Positions 30,565 to 48,616 of a stretch of 64,000 nt of DNA are shown in pieces. The position numbers and the translations under genes are program-made. How positions within the stretch are numbered: the first letter of the stretch is position 1; each line of letters opens with the position of its first letter. Source of the DNA: Trichinella spiralis (lineage: Eukaryota); NCBI RefSeq assembly GCF_000181795.1, contig NW_003526944.1:4417293-4481292 (forward strand), in the 5' to 3' direction. The notes under the pieces are model-generated. The model saw only the letters and a program-made list of their open reading frames with translations, was not told the DNA's origin and made no database searches.

Positions 30565-31523
30565 ATGGCAGGCTTACAGCCGATTTCACTACCGTCTAAC
30601 GATGACGTCACTTATAAAGAAGATTCCGTCTTAGCTTACGTAAACAAAGACTTTTGTGGAACTGGAACTCTATTCATTTGTTACAAGTGAGATTATAAAT
30701 ATGTTTTTCTCAATATGAATAACTACGCTTTGTTTTAGCGGCATAATTTGGGCCAACGAAAATAAGTTAGGCTTTGAATTACCATACTCTACGATTGCGA
30801 TGCATGCTATTTGTCGGGATTTAAGTGTTGTTCCGCATGAAAGCTTGTACATATTCCAGGATTTCTCGAAGGGTAAGCATTGTTGTTAGAAGTGCATTGT
30901 TCATTGATTATTCAGTTTTATTTGAAATGAAATTAAAACTTTTGAATTTAGACGATTCACAGTGTTTAGACAAGCAGCATTTCAATATAGATGTTCTTGT
31001 AACTGACAGCAAAGATGGTACGTGAATTGTTCACACTTAACAATAAATTACACTGTGAAATGTGTTTAAATAAGTATTTTTATTACTGTATGCAGAAGTT
31101 GCCAATGAAAATGGTGAAGATGGAGAAAATGATGAACAAATGGATGCAACAAATTCGGTCTATTATCATTTTGCTCCGAGTTCTCCGGAATCTTGTAAGA
31201 TTACAGACTATATATTATAAGACATATAAGACTATATTATGTTGAAAATTGTTTTTTTTTAGTGAACACAATTTTTCAAATGATAACTAAAGTACAATCA
31301 GAAGAATGTTTCGATGATTTTGAGGGTAAAATAAAAAAAGTTTCAATCAAATAGTTGATTTTACATTTTCAGAGACGCTGCCCTATGATATGTGCACTTT
31401 GAGTAAAGAAGAGCAAGAACTTTTGGACAGAATGGGCGGCGGTAGGTTTACTAAATCATGCATATTTTGACATATGTTCACAATATATTTTTAGTCGGAC
31501 TCAGCGAAAATGAAGAAGACTGA
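30565..31523 (+). CDS. CLNS1A: Methylosome subunit pICln
   Basis: Spliced MAGLQPISLP...GTGTLFICY.GIIW...GFELPYSTIAMHAICRD...PHESLY matches the ICln PH-like domain, followed by an acidic tail. Confidence 0.85.
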
Positions 31524-31648
31524 AAAAAATGGTCTGAAATAAAACCGTGGAATTTACATTCTAGAGCAGTATCGTTATAAAACTAATCATTTAATTTCAA
31601 TATTTATTTCATATTTTCATACATGTAGTAGTCTAGATAAAGGTGTGT

Positions 31649-32271
31649 TCAGTGTTCACTTTGTTCATAGCTGGCGCGAGTTGCCCAGTATGGCTTCCTA
31701 CCAGTAAATGTTTTATAATCGCGATATTCTTTTTTGATTCTATCTAAATGCGGCTTCAAATACCAAGTTTCCTGAAATGAAAAATCGTATAAACGGAAGC
31801 TCATCGGACAAAATCACTCACATCTTCCCATTTAGTCCACTGATCCTTCGGTAAATATTCATGTTTAAGAGTTAGTTGTGCAGCTCGAAGCAGACGAATT
31901 GCTCTCTTGTCATACTCTTCTGGCGACAAACGTTTTACAGCCTCTTCCACAATTTCTTTCGATTCAGAGTATGTATCGTGCCAAAGTAAGCCTGAAACAA
32001 TTTTCCAAAAAAAACAAATTCAAATAACTGAAAATTTACCGTAACGTCGCCCTGTCCACGAATGCCATATTGTTTTTCGAAGCCAATTTGCAAACGGTCC
32101 TACGTATTGAGAAGAAATATTTGTTAAACATAATGAACATACATATATATGTATATTACTGTGTATTTATTTTTCTTAAAAGCGCACGACAGCATTACTG
32201 CTGAATAAAAGGACTTGCAAAAACTCACCATTAAAACGAAATGATACCTGTCGCGCTGCTTCTGATCCCAT
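31649..32271 (-). CDS. UQCRB: Cytochrome b-c1 complex subunit 7 (QCR7)
   Basis: GRRYGLLWHDTY...VEEAVKRLSPEEYDKRAIRLLRAAQLTLKHEYLPKDQWTKWEDETWYLKPHL. Confidence 0.9.
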
Positions 32272-32730
32272 AGCAAAAGTGACCGAAAAATAACGTAACG
32301 AATAAAATTATACTGTAGATCAGTATTAAATGAAAAGCAAGTATTTGTAAATAATGTTTAATATTAAAAGCTACAGAAAAATTATTCATTAATAATATTT
32401 GCAAAATTTTTGTTGAATTTATTTACCATAGTGATTAATTAGTAGAAATCATATTTAAACAAGCATTTTATTTCTCATCAAAAAGTATTCCAATTTTTGT
32501 AGCACATTAAGTTTAAAATGCTGTAGCAAGTTACCTTTCAATAAATAATTTCGAATATTGTTTAGATTTCTATTTTATAATATATGGCAATCTTCTATTC
32601 AATTGTACAGTTGTTCTTGAAAATCATATTTTTTGTGTGTACTGTTGTAATTGATATTTATCAGAGATCAGGTTATTTGTTAAATTAGGGTGTTAAGAGC
32701 ATGTAGAATGTAAACATATGAAATGATTTA

Positions 32731-36607
<3,877 letters not shown>

Positions 36608-36928
36608 TGCTCAGTTGAATTAATTTTAGTGCATTGGTTTTTTTTTAATTTAATCTAATTTTATTTTATTTTACTATAATGTTCTGTTTCACATTGTCAG
36701 ATGACAATTTGTATATATGTATATATGTTTGATTTTGTTGCCTGTTGAAATGAAAAATATAATAAAGGACAATTCATACTGTAGGCGGAATATTCAACTT
36801 GACGAGGTAGATTGTCCGGCTGGTGATTTTTCATTTCGATTCAAGTGTTGTACGATTGTGTTGATGTGTTTTGACTTTTCAGTTACAAAGTGATATATAA
36901 CTTACAGTAAGTGATATAAAGAAAAAAG

Positions 36929-38693
36929 ATGAACTCCAGAGATCGATTAACGTTGGACGAAGCGGTGTTTGCGGAAAAGCGTCAGGTATGGTAAATTTGA
37001 AAAATACTTTGGCCGGGATAAAGTAATCATTTTTCTTTTTTGTAGGTTACTTTCCTTTGGCTGAGCGGACAGTTGAACGTGCACGTGAACAAAGCGAAAG
37101 AGTAAGAAATGGATTTTTTCTTTGAACAATGTTTTTTTTATTTACTTTTAAATTATGATTATCGTTTTGTTGTTCAATGTTTTTTCAGATTACTGAAACA
37201 ATATTACATCGACCATTTGTCGGAGAAAAATATAACAGCAGTGTTTTATCTTTCTGGTTACAAGTATCTCGGTGTGCACAGGGTGAATTGGGTGAAAAAA
37301 TTTTCCACTGCTCAACTTGTGCTTTATTGCGTTTGTGTTTTTTCAAGATTCTTCGAATTTTTTATGCTCGAGAGGAGCATTTGGATTTGCTGAAGAGTCA
37401 TTTGGATGAAATTTTGAGCTGTCACATTTACAGTGTTCAATGCTGTCCATTGAAAGTAATTTTGTTGATTTTTCTTTAATATGTATATATTGTAATGAAA
37501 GAATTTCAGGATATTTGTGGACTATTTGCATCCGACATGCAATCCATTATGCCTTCCAATGAGTATTAAGTTGAATTGAATTTTTTTAATCATAATTTTG
37601 TTGTTTTTGTGCACAGTTTATTACCAATTTTACCTTTGCATATTGGCTATTCGGAGTCGAGAACTGAACAGTCAAAAACGAACGAACAACAATCAACTGT
37701 CAAAAAATGCAAAGCACCAAAAGTGATTGATTTTTTTTAAATTAAACACATTGAACAGAATTAATGATTATATTGTTTTGAGGTAGTTGAATCAACTGCC
37801 GAAGCTGGACAATTTGAAAATGTAATTGTAGAAATTTGTTTTGTTGTAGAAAGTTAAAGTTGTAGAAATTTAAATTTGTGCTAATTTGGGTGTGGTTGAT
37901 TTTTTTTGTTGATTTTCCAGCAGCGCGAGCAAACTGAACAGAAGAAGAGAAAAGCTGACGACGCCCTGTTGAAAGCATCCGGTGAAAAAGAAAAAATGCA
38001 AAAAATTTCAAGTGAGTTTCTCGTATTGACGATTAGCAGTTTATATTGTTTGTTTTGCTTTTGTTTCAAAGGTAAAAAAGGCAAAGATCGAACAAAAGGG
38101 CGAGACGTGGATAAGGTCGAACAAGAAGGGGTAGTGCATGGAAATGGTTCAGAAAATGGAGGATCACTTCCTTCTGTCCACAAGACGGTCAAACGTAGAA
38201 AGAGGAATAAAAAAGTCGAAGAAGAGAAGCTGGTACACATTGGCCGTGGACGAAGCAGCACACCAAGCGATGATGAGAATGACCAGCAGAATGTGGAAGC
38301 AGATTTAATAAATGATGATGAAGAAGAGATTAAATTGCACAAAAAGAATCAAAACACTGCTGACGATGTCGATCTGAACAGCAGTGGGGAATCGGAAACC
38401 AACAATCCAGGTCCTGCGCGTATCAAAAGGATGAAAACAACGTACAAAACTTACATCGACGACAAAGGCTATCTAGGTATGTTTTGTTTGGGGATTTTTC
38501 AAGTGAATGCAAATCACTGGTCTTGTTGGCAATTTTAGTGAGTAAGCGGATTCGTGAAATGGAAACGGTCGATGCTGACAAATGTGATGTAATCGACAAG
38601 CATACTGACGTGGCTGACAATAAGAAACTGACATCTACCGTTAAAGGACCAAAAAAGCAAACATCGTTGGCAAGTTTTTGGAAAAAATCTTAA
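36929..38693 (+). CDS. POLD3: DNA polymerase delta subunit 3 (p66/Cdc27)
   Basis: N-terminal VTFLWLSGQLNVHVNKAKELL, then KTYIDDKGYLV and a C-terminal PIP box KQTSLASFW. Confidence 0.88.
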
Positions 38694-39315
38694 CTCTTTA
38701 GCAAAAATAATTGACCACAAGTATATTTTTTTTCTATATTGACACAAAGTAAAAATGCGATTATTTATTTTTTTTTGAAAAAGTTTCGTGTTTGCTCTTT
38801 GACTTTGGTCGGATTGTTTACCGAAAATTTTGATATATGATTTATTTGATGGTCAATAAACCAAAAATAATATGCTAACGGTAAAAACAACATTTTAGCT
38901 CAAATTTCACAATGGGGCATCTCCTTTCCCGTTCCACCAATCTCAGGTAACGATGTCATTTTTATTTATTTTAATTCCAGATAATATATCAATGAAGTAT
39001 ACAGTTTGATGGAAAAGTTACAGATTTAATCGAATTGTTGTTTGCTGCATATGTTTACTCTAAACGTGTAAACATGCTATTCTGCATACTTCAGAATTGT
39101 TGTTTTGGAACTGACTGTTTTAAAAAATGACGTCATTGAATATGAGTGCTTCCGCTCAGTACAAACTTATAAATATATATGCATTTCTTCACCATCACTT
39201 TACACTGCCACTTTTTTGTCTTATTTTTTTTAATTTGTTTTTTTTTGAAATTTCTCAAACTCTCTATTCTCTTTTATTCTAGCAATATCTTTTATTTTAC
39301 ATTTTACAGGAAAAG

Positions 39316-41630
39316 ATGGATTTGAAGTAAGTTATATAAATTATGAAGAAAAAGAATGGAAATAATCTATTACTTTAATAATAATGATAATAATTTAATT
39401 TAGCAATATAATATTATAAAATTGTAGAGTGCTCAGTGAATCTCGCGTAAATGAGAGTCAACAGCAGTTGACAGCAGAAGAGAACAATGAACAACAACAG
39501 CATGTTATTTCTGAATGTGATTTGCAAAACACATGTGACACTGTTGACAGGGATGAAAGGCATGCCTCACCTTTCCTCACAGCAAAATTTCCACATGATC
39601 GTTGGTATTTTCGTTTCTACATATTGGTTTTGGTATGCTTTCTAAATTTGGGTAAATTCGATATTTCACTTCCATTAAATACTTCATCAGTTGATCATTT
39701 TAATTATTCAAGGAAATTATCTAATTTACGATGCTCCAGCTGCTCTGTCATCAGATCTACGAAAAGTAATTGAAATTAATTTTCAGCTAACTTTATTATT
39801 TTACAATTTTTAATGCATTTGCAATAATAAATGCGTGAATGTGGAGGAAGTACATAAAATTTGTCCATTTGTTTAGGACATGAACATTACAATTAGTTCT
39901 TATAATTTGTTGTACGACGTTTATTCATGGCCAAGTATTGTACTTGCGTTTGTATCTGGTGTGTTGATTGATCGATTTTTGGGTTTGCAATACGGTGGTA
40001 TTCTTTTTGCTTTGATCATCCTTGTCAGCCAGGTATATTGGAAATAAATTTACTTTTCTACTGGTTAATTAATGAGTATTTACCACTTTTAGATTGTAGT
40101 TTCAGTTGGTGCTTTCGAGAATCTCTTATGGATAATGGTATTTGGACGGTTTATTTTTGCGTAAGACGTGTGCATACACATACCTGTATATAAAAATATG
40201 AAAATATGTTTTTGATTTACTTTTATACAGTTTAAGTGTAAAATTAATACAAATGTATATAACTTGCATACAGATTTGGTGGTGAATCGCTCGGTATTAT
40301 ACAAAATGCTTATTTGGTCAAATGGTTTAGAGGAAAAGAATTGAATTTAGTATTTGGTATTACACTGAGCTTTGCTCGAGTTGTAAGTTTTTTTCTTTTA
40401 TCTCGCATCATGTTGTGATAATATATATTTTGAATATCAAGGGTAGCACTATAAGCATGAACATTTTGAAGCCAATATACAATGCATTTGGACAATATTT
40501 CCAAAGTTATACATGTCTGGGTTATACGATGCTTGCTTGTAAGTTTTCAAATTATTGTGAATAAGTTTAACAAAATTTTTTATAAGTAAATGTATTCTTT
40601 TTTGTAACTTTGTAGGTGTAGCATTTGCAGCTTTTTCATTGAGCTGTTCAATTGTGATTGCATTTCATGACCGTCAGCATGATCGACACTTGAAAAGCTT
40701 GCAATCTGCAGAAGCAGCTGAACCTTCTGAACAAGATGTTGTAAAAATTATGGATATTATTCGACTGCCACTTTCTCTCTGGATATTGTGTGGCATTTGT
40801 GTTTCGTATTATATGACAATTTTTCCATTTATTGCCAATGCTCAGTAGGTTTTATTTTGACGTAGCTTCTTTTAAAATGTTAATGAATAATTTGTAGAGA
40901 GTTTTACATTACCAAGTTTCATTTGACACCAGAGAGTGCAAATTTGTGCAATAGGTGAGTTTATGATTTAACTGCAGCATGTGATTAATGAACAGTTTTG
41001 TTCTTTTTAGTCTCGTCTATATGATGTCGATAGTGATGTCGCCGTTGTTTGGAGCTTTGGTCGACTTGAGTGGCTACAATATTTATTGGATGTTTGTTAG
41101 CATAATTATGGCATTGATTGCGCACATTTTACTCACATTTACCAGTTTAACACCATACGTAGCAGTGGTAAGATTTTTTTTTGTTTTGTGCATTCGATTA
41201 AGTGATTATTTTAATATTTAGGCAATATGCGGTTTTTCGTATTCGTTGTTGGCTGCCAGTTTATGGCCGAGCGTTTCGTACGTCGTCGCAGAGAATGCAA
41301 TAGCTACCGCATATGGTGTCATTCCATCGGTGCAGAATTTCGGCTTGGCTTTGGCATTTTTGTACATTGGTGAAATGCTCGATCGTTGGGGTTACTTTGC
41401 ACTGGAATTGAACTATATTGTTTGGCTAATTGGTAAAATGTGTGAGCTTTTGTCTAGCTTTTTCAATATGTGTTGTTTAGTTTCTCTTCTATTTACTATT
41501 GCCCTTTTGTTTGTGGACAAAGCGAACGGTATGCAATTTTACAGGAGAGAAGAAATTGTTTTCTACTATTTTTTGTTTAGGTGTACAAATCAACAAAACA
41601 CGTGCCCAACGACGAAGTGGTACAACTTGA
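39316..41630 (+). CDS. MFSD1: MFS transporter, MFSD1-like (lysosomal dipeptide uniporter family)
   Basis: GNYLIYDAPAAL...YSWPSIVL...GVLIDRFLG...GRFIFAFGGESL...KWFRGKELNLVFGITLS...AASLWPSV...TAYG. Confidence 0.88.
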
Positions 41631-42026
41631 AAAGCAATCTCGGAAGCAATAAGTTTTTAAGGGGTTCATTTTATTCATTGAAAATGATTGATATCTGCAG
41701 TAAATAAATTGCCTAAATTGCGACTGTTTCAAATTTGGTACAGGCAGGATTTTTTGTTTGGAAAAAAAACAAAAAGAAGCTATACCAGTGAACCAACTTT
41801 GTTACAGCTTTAGGGAAATGTATGCAAATGGAAGCAGCAAAGGTTGTGGCGAAAAAGATAAGAAAAGTCAAGAAGAGCAAGCAGTACTTTGTGGTGATGG
41901 TGGTGGTGTACGATTCGAACTGCAACGACGTCGGACAGACACATCAAGCATTGTTGTTTTCATTATTATTATTTAAACTTTTTTATTTATTTTAACAAAA
42001 TTGCTGCTGCAATTTTTGTCAACTTA

Positions 42027-45000
42027 TTACAGCTTTGACATACCCCGACGATCAAGTACACGGGCTCTTTGCTCGTTGGTGAAATTCAATATGTTCATTA
42101 TGGCGGTCAAGTGGTCGTTTGCTTCTCTGTCGATGAGGTAAAAGTAGAAAGAATCTCTCAGAAAGCGCAAAGCCGCTTCTTGTTCAGTGACCACGGTCGA
42201 CGGGCGCTGTTTCGAACAGTGGTAATAATGGTGATGGTGGCGGTGATGTCGACGAGACTGCTGCGATTCGCCGGCCGCATCCTGACTGGAATTGTGCCTC
42301 GAACGGTGGCTCATCTCCAACGACGGATCTCGCACGGCCGACGTCGACGCGGACCGCGTTTTGCCGGTTCTCGTCGTCTGACGTTGCCGGTCGCATGTGC
42401 ACCGTGGATCTTTGGCCGCGGCCGCTTGCAGCCTATTCACCATGCTGTTCAACTGTTCACGCAGACGTTCGTTGTCCTCTTTGAGCAGTTTCCGTTCGCG
42501 TTGTTGTCGCTGGTAGAGCATGTTCAGTTCGTAATTTAGCATCGAAGTCTCCTTTTCCAGTTGAGCAGCTTTTTCTTCGACCCATTTGAAGCGCTGCCTT
42601 TCCAAATCGAGCAGTTGGCGCAGTTCTTCAGTGTCGTTGTTGCACAAAGTTAGCAAATTGTTGCAGCTGAAGAATGGCAACGATTCGGCTGGTGCTTGAT
42701 TTTCGCCCAGCCGGGGGAACAATTCCGAGTCTTGGGATATTGTGAACGACTGCGTCATCAGGTCTGTTTCTGTTTCGCTGCAAGCGGTTGTTGTGACCGC
42801 TTCCAATGACTCATGCCTGCTGAGTTTGCTCTGACAGCCCCTGCCTGTCGACCGATCAGCAGCAGCAGTAATTACGTTCGACATCCGCTTGGGCGTTGGC
42901 GAACGGTTGGCGGATGTGAATTTGGCCGAAGATGAAGATTCGAATTTTGTCGACGATGATCTTTCAGAAATGCTCAACGATTGTCGAAAACGGGACGAAA
43001 ATGTCGACGGACTGGATGATCGTTGCTTGGTGGATAATTGTGGTTGTTGTTGTTGTGGTGGTGGTGGTGGTTGTCGTTCTTGTGATCCATGTGGTGGTGC
43101 AGATATTGGTGTGGACGTTGTTTCCCGAGTCAAATAATCGACGCGACAACTTTGTTCTTGAGAAACTTGAGCAGCGTTGGATTCAGCCTGCTCGAACTGT
43201 TGTTCTTTCCAACTGTCAATTTTCCAATCGTCATCTCTACTTTTGAGTTCGGCTGTCGGCAGCTGTATCGCTTCGGTATTCGAAATTGTCAGCAGCTGAT
43301 CTGTCGGATTGGTCAGTTTTTTGGGAGGTTGTTCACATTGACTGTAATACTGCTTGATTTGCTGTTGCAGTTCGCCGACACGTGCAGCTGATTGTTGTTG
43401 TTGTTGTTTACTGGTAACAATGTCGCTTGTTGGACAACAGCTTTCATCTGCAACCCGTACGTTGTCTGTATTTGTTGGCCAACGTTGGAAACTGACCGAC
43501 GGTTTGTATTCTCTGGTCGTCGTCTCTGCTTTTCTGCTAGACTCTTGTGAAACAATGGACGGTTTCAATTGTTGATCGCGTCTCTCTTTGGAACAAGTCG
43601 TCGCTTTGTGCTCCTGCTCATGTTGCTGCTGTGAATCTTTGCTCAAAGTGACCATCTCGTATTCGCCCTTCAGCGTGTCCAGTTCGTAACGAATCCTGGC
43701 ACGATCAGTTTCGAGCTTGTTCAACTTTTGCTCCAATTGGATCAACTGACGACAAGTTTGGCTGAGCATTCGACGCCAGGCGACGGTTTGCTTTTGCTGT
43801 ACGCATCGTTCCGATTCGTCCACCAAATGGTTCAAATCGAAACAGCTCAAATGTTTGCAAGGTTGTGGTTCCTCCAGTCGACGGACAGTCTCACTCTCTT
43901 CGGCTTTGTACAACGACAGTTCGGCGGTGATATTCGCCAACAGTTTCGTCTGGGCTTGCAGTTGCTGTTTCAGTTGTTCATTTTCTTTCAAACTGTCGTT
44001 CAGCTTGTTCACCACATCCGGTTGTTGGCTTGCCAGCATCGTCGAATCCCCTTCGCCGCTGATCACATCCTTCAACCAGTTGAAAAGATCCAACTGCGCA
44101 CTGGTCGAATTCGTCAACACGCACTGCAGTTGGGGCTCTGGTTCCGGTGGCACGGTCGACGGACTTCGGTGACCGCCGACCGTCGGCGGTGGACTGATCG
44201 TCTGACGGGCATTGCTGACCGTTGGCGACTGCGAGCTGTCGCCCGCCGCCTCTTTGTGCAGTTTGGCCAGCAGATCGGCTTTTTCCAATTCGTGCTTGTC
44301 GATCATCAGTTTCAATTCTTCGCGTACTTTTTCAAACTCTTTTTCCAATTGTAAAAAGCGTTCGTTTTCATCGCGCACCAGTTTCGCCCTTTCCAATTCC
44401 CAAGCTTGACTTTTGATTTGGAAATTCTGTTCGTTGATTTTCTGCTCGGCTTTGCTCACCGACAATTCTTGTTGCAAATCTTCGATTTGTTCTTGGGCTT
44501 TTTTGTACTGGTCTCGTAGATCGTCGGCATCTTGACGTCGTTGTTCGGCCGTGATCAGTTTCGTCTGCAGCACTTCGACTTGGGCTCTGGTGGCATTCAG
44601 TTCGCCTTGGAGCAGACGTAGTTGTTGTTCTTCTTTTTCGTCCGTCGATAGCAACTGCTTGTCGATCCAAGTGCTCGTATCCGAACAGAATTGCCGACGG
44701 TCGACTTGGCCCGTCCAGTCGGATGTTCGTTTGGCGTTGTCGATTTCTCGGTCGACTTGGACCGGACGGACCATGATTTTCTGGTCGGCTGTCGGCACGT
44801 TGAATCGTTTCTGAAATTCAGCTACTTCGCTGAGCGACAGATTCACCTGCTGTGCCAAGCCGACCTTTTCCAAATTCAAACGGACGCTCAAATCTTGCAA
44901 TTCGGTCTGCTTTTTTTCCAACTGTCTCTTGTAGGCGTCGGCTTCGATTTGGACGTTGTGCAATTTTTGCTTCCAATAGGCGACGGTGTCGTTTTGGATT

Positions 45001-47346
45001 TTCAAATTTTCCGTCAACGAATCTTCAATAGCCCGGTGCAGACGGTCCCGGTCGGCGTCGGCTTGTTCGTCCGCACGACGCAGTTCGTCCCTGGCCAGAC
45101 ACAATTCCCGTTCGAGCAACGGTACCCGTTCCAACGCCGTCGCCTGATCGGCCAGCTGTTGCCTGTAACTTTGACGTTCCCGTTCGAAACTCTGCCTGAG
45201 CGCTTCGAGCTCTTCGCAAAGGGTCTGCATTTGGCTGGTCAAATTGTTGACCAGACCATTTTTCGCTTTCAACGTGTCGGCCAAGTCGGCCAATTGTTGC
45301 TGGGCAGTACGCGACTGTTCGGCGTGCTGGTGTTTCAGACGTTCGTATTGGTCGTTCAAACCGGCCAATTCGGCCAGGGCTTTTTCCTGTTCGAAAAACG
45401 ATCGATCCGTCTGCGTTTCTCGACATCTCGCCAACGAGTGACAGTCGGGTGGCAGTTTTTTTTCGGTCGATCGACTCGAATTGCTGCTGCGCACGATCAC
45501 ACCGCACTGGTCGAGTATAGCTTCCAGTTCGGCCACCCGCTGTTCGAGACGTGTCGCTTTGGCCGACACTCTGTCGCCATTTTCACGGACGTTCATCAAC
45601 GTCAACTGTACCGTCTCGTATTCGCCCTGTTTGTTCATCAGTTGCTTTTCCAAAATGGTCGTCAATTCGTCTTTCAATTTCAGCTTCTCTTCCAAATCAG
45701 CCACCTCTTTCGTCTGATCTTCGTGTTGCATACGCAACAACGTCAATTCGGTTTCCAACTGCTGCTTTTCTTGTTCGACTTTTTCCAGCCGATCTGCAAC
45801 ACCATCTTTCAATTGTTTTTCAGCAGTTTCACGTCTTTGAACAACACTCTCCTCCATCTGTGCTAGTGGTAATGTTGGTTGTGGTTGTGCTGGTGCTGGT
45901 GCTGGTGCTGCTGTTTTCACTTCTTCTGCTCGCAATTCTTTTTCAGCTTTTTGCATTTCAACTTGCTCGGATGTCGACTCCGAGACACCAGTTTGCATCA
46001 GTTTCACTTCAGCTTTGATGGCATCCAAAGCTCGACGCAGGTCGTCGTTTTCGGCCTGCAGGGTCGCGTTGCGATCTTCGAGTCGACACCGACTCGGCGT
46101 TTGCTCTTTCAACGCAATTTCCAATTCAGACGCTTTCATCCTCCAAATCATGCATTCGGTTTTGTAGGCTTGGATTTGCGCGTCTATGGCCGTGTAGCCG
46201 CTGTTCGACGTCGTCGGTGCGCAACAGTCGTCGCTGTTGTTCGGCTCCAAGCCGGAGGGTGTGGTCGACGACGATGCGCCCTGTTCGCGTTGACGAAGCT
46301 GTTGTTGCAGTTCGACCACGCAGTTGTGCAAGAAGATGCATTCCGAGTGGTAAGCCTGAAAAGCAAAAAAAATTTTGCTTCAATTTTTTTCTTCCAATTT
46401 ACTGTTGTTGTTGTTTTTGTTGTTTACTTGCAGTTCATCGTAAAGTGATTGTTGCTGTAATAGTTGTTGTTGTTGTTGGTCGATTGCTTCTTCTTCAGTC
46501 ATGGTGGCAGTGTCGACGCGACTCACCGAATGCGAGATACCGCTATCCCAGGCGTTGTCCAGAAATGAGGCAATTTTCAGTTTAACTTTGGAAGTTTCGC
46601 AATTTTCCATTGTCGTCGACTTGGTCGGCTTTTCGCTTCCAACTCTCTGCATGTGCCGGTCGTCGTCGTCGTCATCGTCGACCATGGTCGAACGCAGCTC
46701 GTCCATTTCGAATTGGTACGTATCTCGCAGATCGGCCCGCTCTTTTTCGTAAAAATTGCACACTTTTGTCAGCTCTTGTTCGAAACGTTCGCAGAGGGCT
46801 TTTTTCTCCTGTTGATGCTCTTCTCGGATACGATTCAGCTTGTTCAACAGTCGGTGGTTTTCGCTCAACAGGCCACCACGGTCCATGATCGCTTCCAATT
46901 CTGACAGCCGTTCACGCAGCTGTCCCAAGTGGGATTCTTTGTCTTCGAGTTTCCACTCCAAATGGCGAATCTGCTGCTTGAGCAGAGCAATTTCGCGATT
47001 CTTCCTCTGCGTCGGTGTCATGTATTCTTCGTCGCCGTGGTGGTGGGCGTGGTTGCAGCCTCGCTTTTCGCAGTGCAAAACGTAACGCGTACTTCGACCC
47101 TGCCACCACTGGCTCACCCCAGAACCGTAATTTGACGAACAACACGAACTTCTACCGTCCAAAAAGCCCACGCCGCTGCTGCTGCTGTTCGGCTCGTTCC
47201 AAGAAGGTTTCAAGTCGGTTGCTGTTTCACTTTTGTTTTCTGTTGTCAATTCTTGCTGCTGCTGTTCCATTGTTCTGTCCAACTGCTCTGCATCTCGATC
47301 ATCATCATCATTATCATCATCATCATCATCTGATTCAACAAAACCA
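42027..47346 (-). CDS. qtc: Giant coiled-coil protein with a C-terminal GRIP-like domain, quick-to-court-like; 5' end uncertain
   Basis: Exons 47346-46428 and 46355-42027 join in frame. N-terminal RYVLHC...YMTPTQRKNREI motif and C-terminal EAALRFLRDSFYFYL...HLTAIMNILNFTNEQR. Confidence 0.75.
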
Positions 47347-48085
47347 CTAATTAATAATCAGTCGAAACCAGGTAATTTGGTTTTTTTTTCATTTCACGAC
47401 TTTCACTGTATTCAGAACAGAAAATAACAAGATAATTTAACAGAACAACACAAACATTCTTTTCATTTTAACCGCATTTTGAATATTCCTCATATTTATT
47501 ATTAATATGATAAAACTTCTTTTTAAACTTTTTATTCATTTAACATTTCGTTCAATGAATCTATCACTATCATCCTGAGTTAGATTTGTGTTTTTTTTCG
47601 TGAATTGAGAGGTAAACATTTTCAAACTTTGTATATCTATGATAATAATAATAATATGTTTCTAAATTGCGAAGCTACTGATTAGAGAAAATGCACCAAT
47701 AATTAGATAATAAATAAATATTATTGCCCTTGAACACTACTTGTTTATCTTTTCAGTCGAGTTTTTCTTAATCATTGCTTCTTCAGCTTCAAATTGCAGC
47801 ATTATTTTTAGTTTTAAAATTTTACGACCGACAACAATAACAACCACGCAGATGACGTATTCAAAACCTTGTACATCTGTACACTTCTGTCAAATATGTT
47901 TAATTTAAAAAATGGAAAGAGTATTTTACAAAAATCAACAACTTATTTCGTGTTGTTGAATTAATTTCAAAATATTTGCCTTATTTTATTGAAAATTCAG
48001 CTTGCTCATTGATGTTTATAAATGTTACTTTTGAGAACTCGTGACAATTTTTATAGCTCATATATTAACAGACTAACGTTTCATG

Positions 48086-48119
<34 letters not shown>

Positions 48120-48183
48120 CTTCACTTAGTAATGCAGTGAACAATAACAGAAAATCAAATCAAAGAAAAAGAGATCATTCATA

Positions 48184-48616
48184 CCCATTGTTATCTGTGG
48201 TGAAGAGGTGTTAGCGGTTTCTTTAGCTGGAAGCTCTTGTTCATCTGGATCTTCCGGATACGGGGCAGTTGTTTCCCACCAGGTGACCGATAGTTTGGGA
48301 ATTTTCGACTTTTTACTCTGCCTCACCGCGGGCTGTGGCAGATTATCGTTGTACTGTTTGTTTTCGTGGTCGACGGCGGCGGTCGAGTCGACCAATTTTG
48401 GCGAAACCGACCGCGAACGGTCTTTTTCCACACCGTCGCCAGTCTGCAGTTGATTTGCACTGGCCGACTGTTTCAGAATTCCTTTCCGTGGCATCTGACC
48501 GCGGTTTGCCGACCCTGAACCACCGGCTGACAACTGACTTCCCGGGAACGAGTTGCTCATCGATAGCTGGCAATCTTTGCTCATGCTGCATGCATATGTA
48601 GATAATAGGACGTAGC
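48184..48616 (-). CDS. Probable upstream exon of the qtc-like gene (low-complexity region)
   Basis: Open frame flanked by an AG acceptor and a GT donor (MPRKGILKQS...KLSVTWWETTAPYPEDPDE). Its phase does not join the 47346 exon directly. Confidence 0.5.

Noticed and set aside
42069..47145. Many long plus-strand ORFs (e.g. 44691-45866, 391 aa)
   Set aside because: Antisense shadows of the GC-rich coiled-coil gene.
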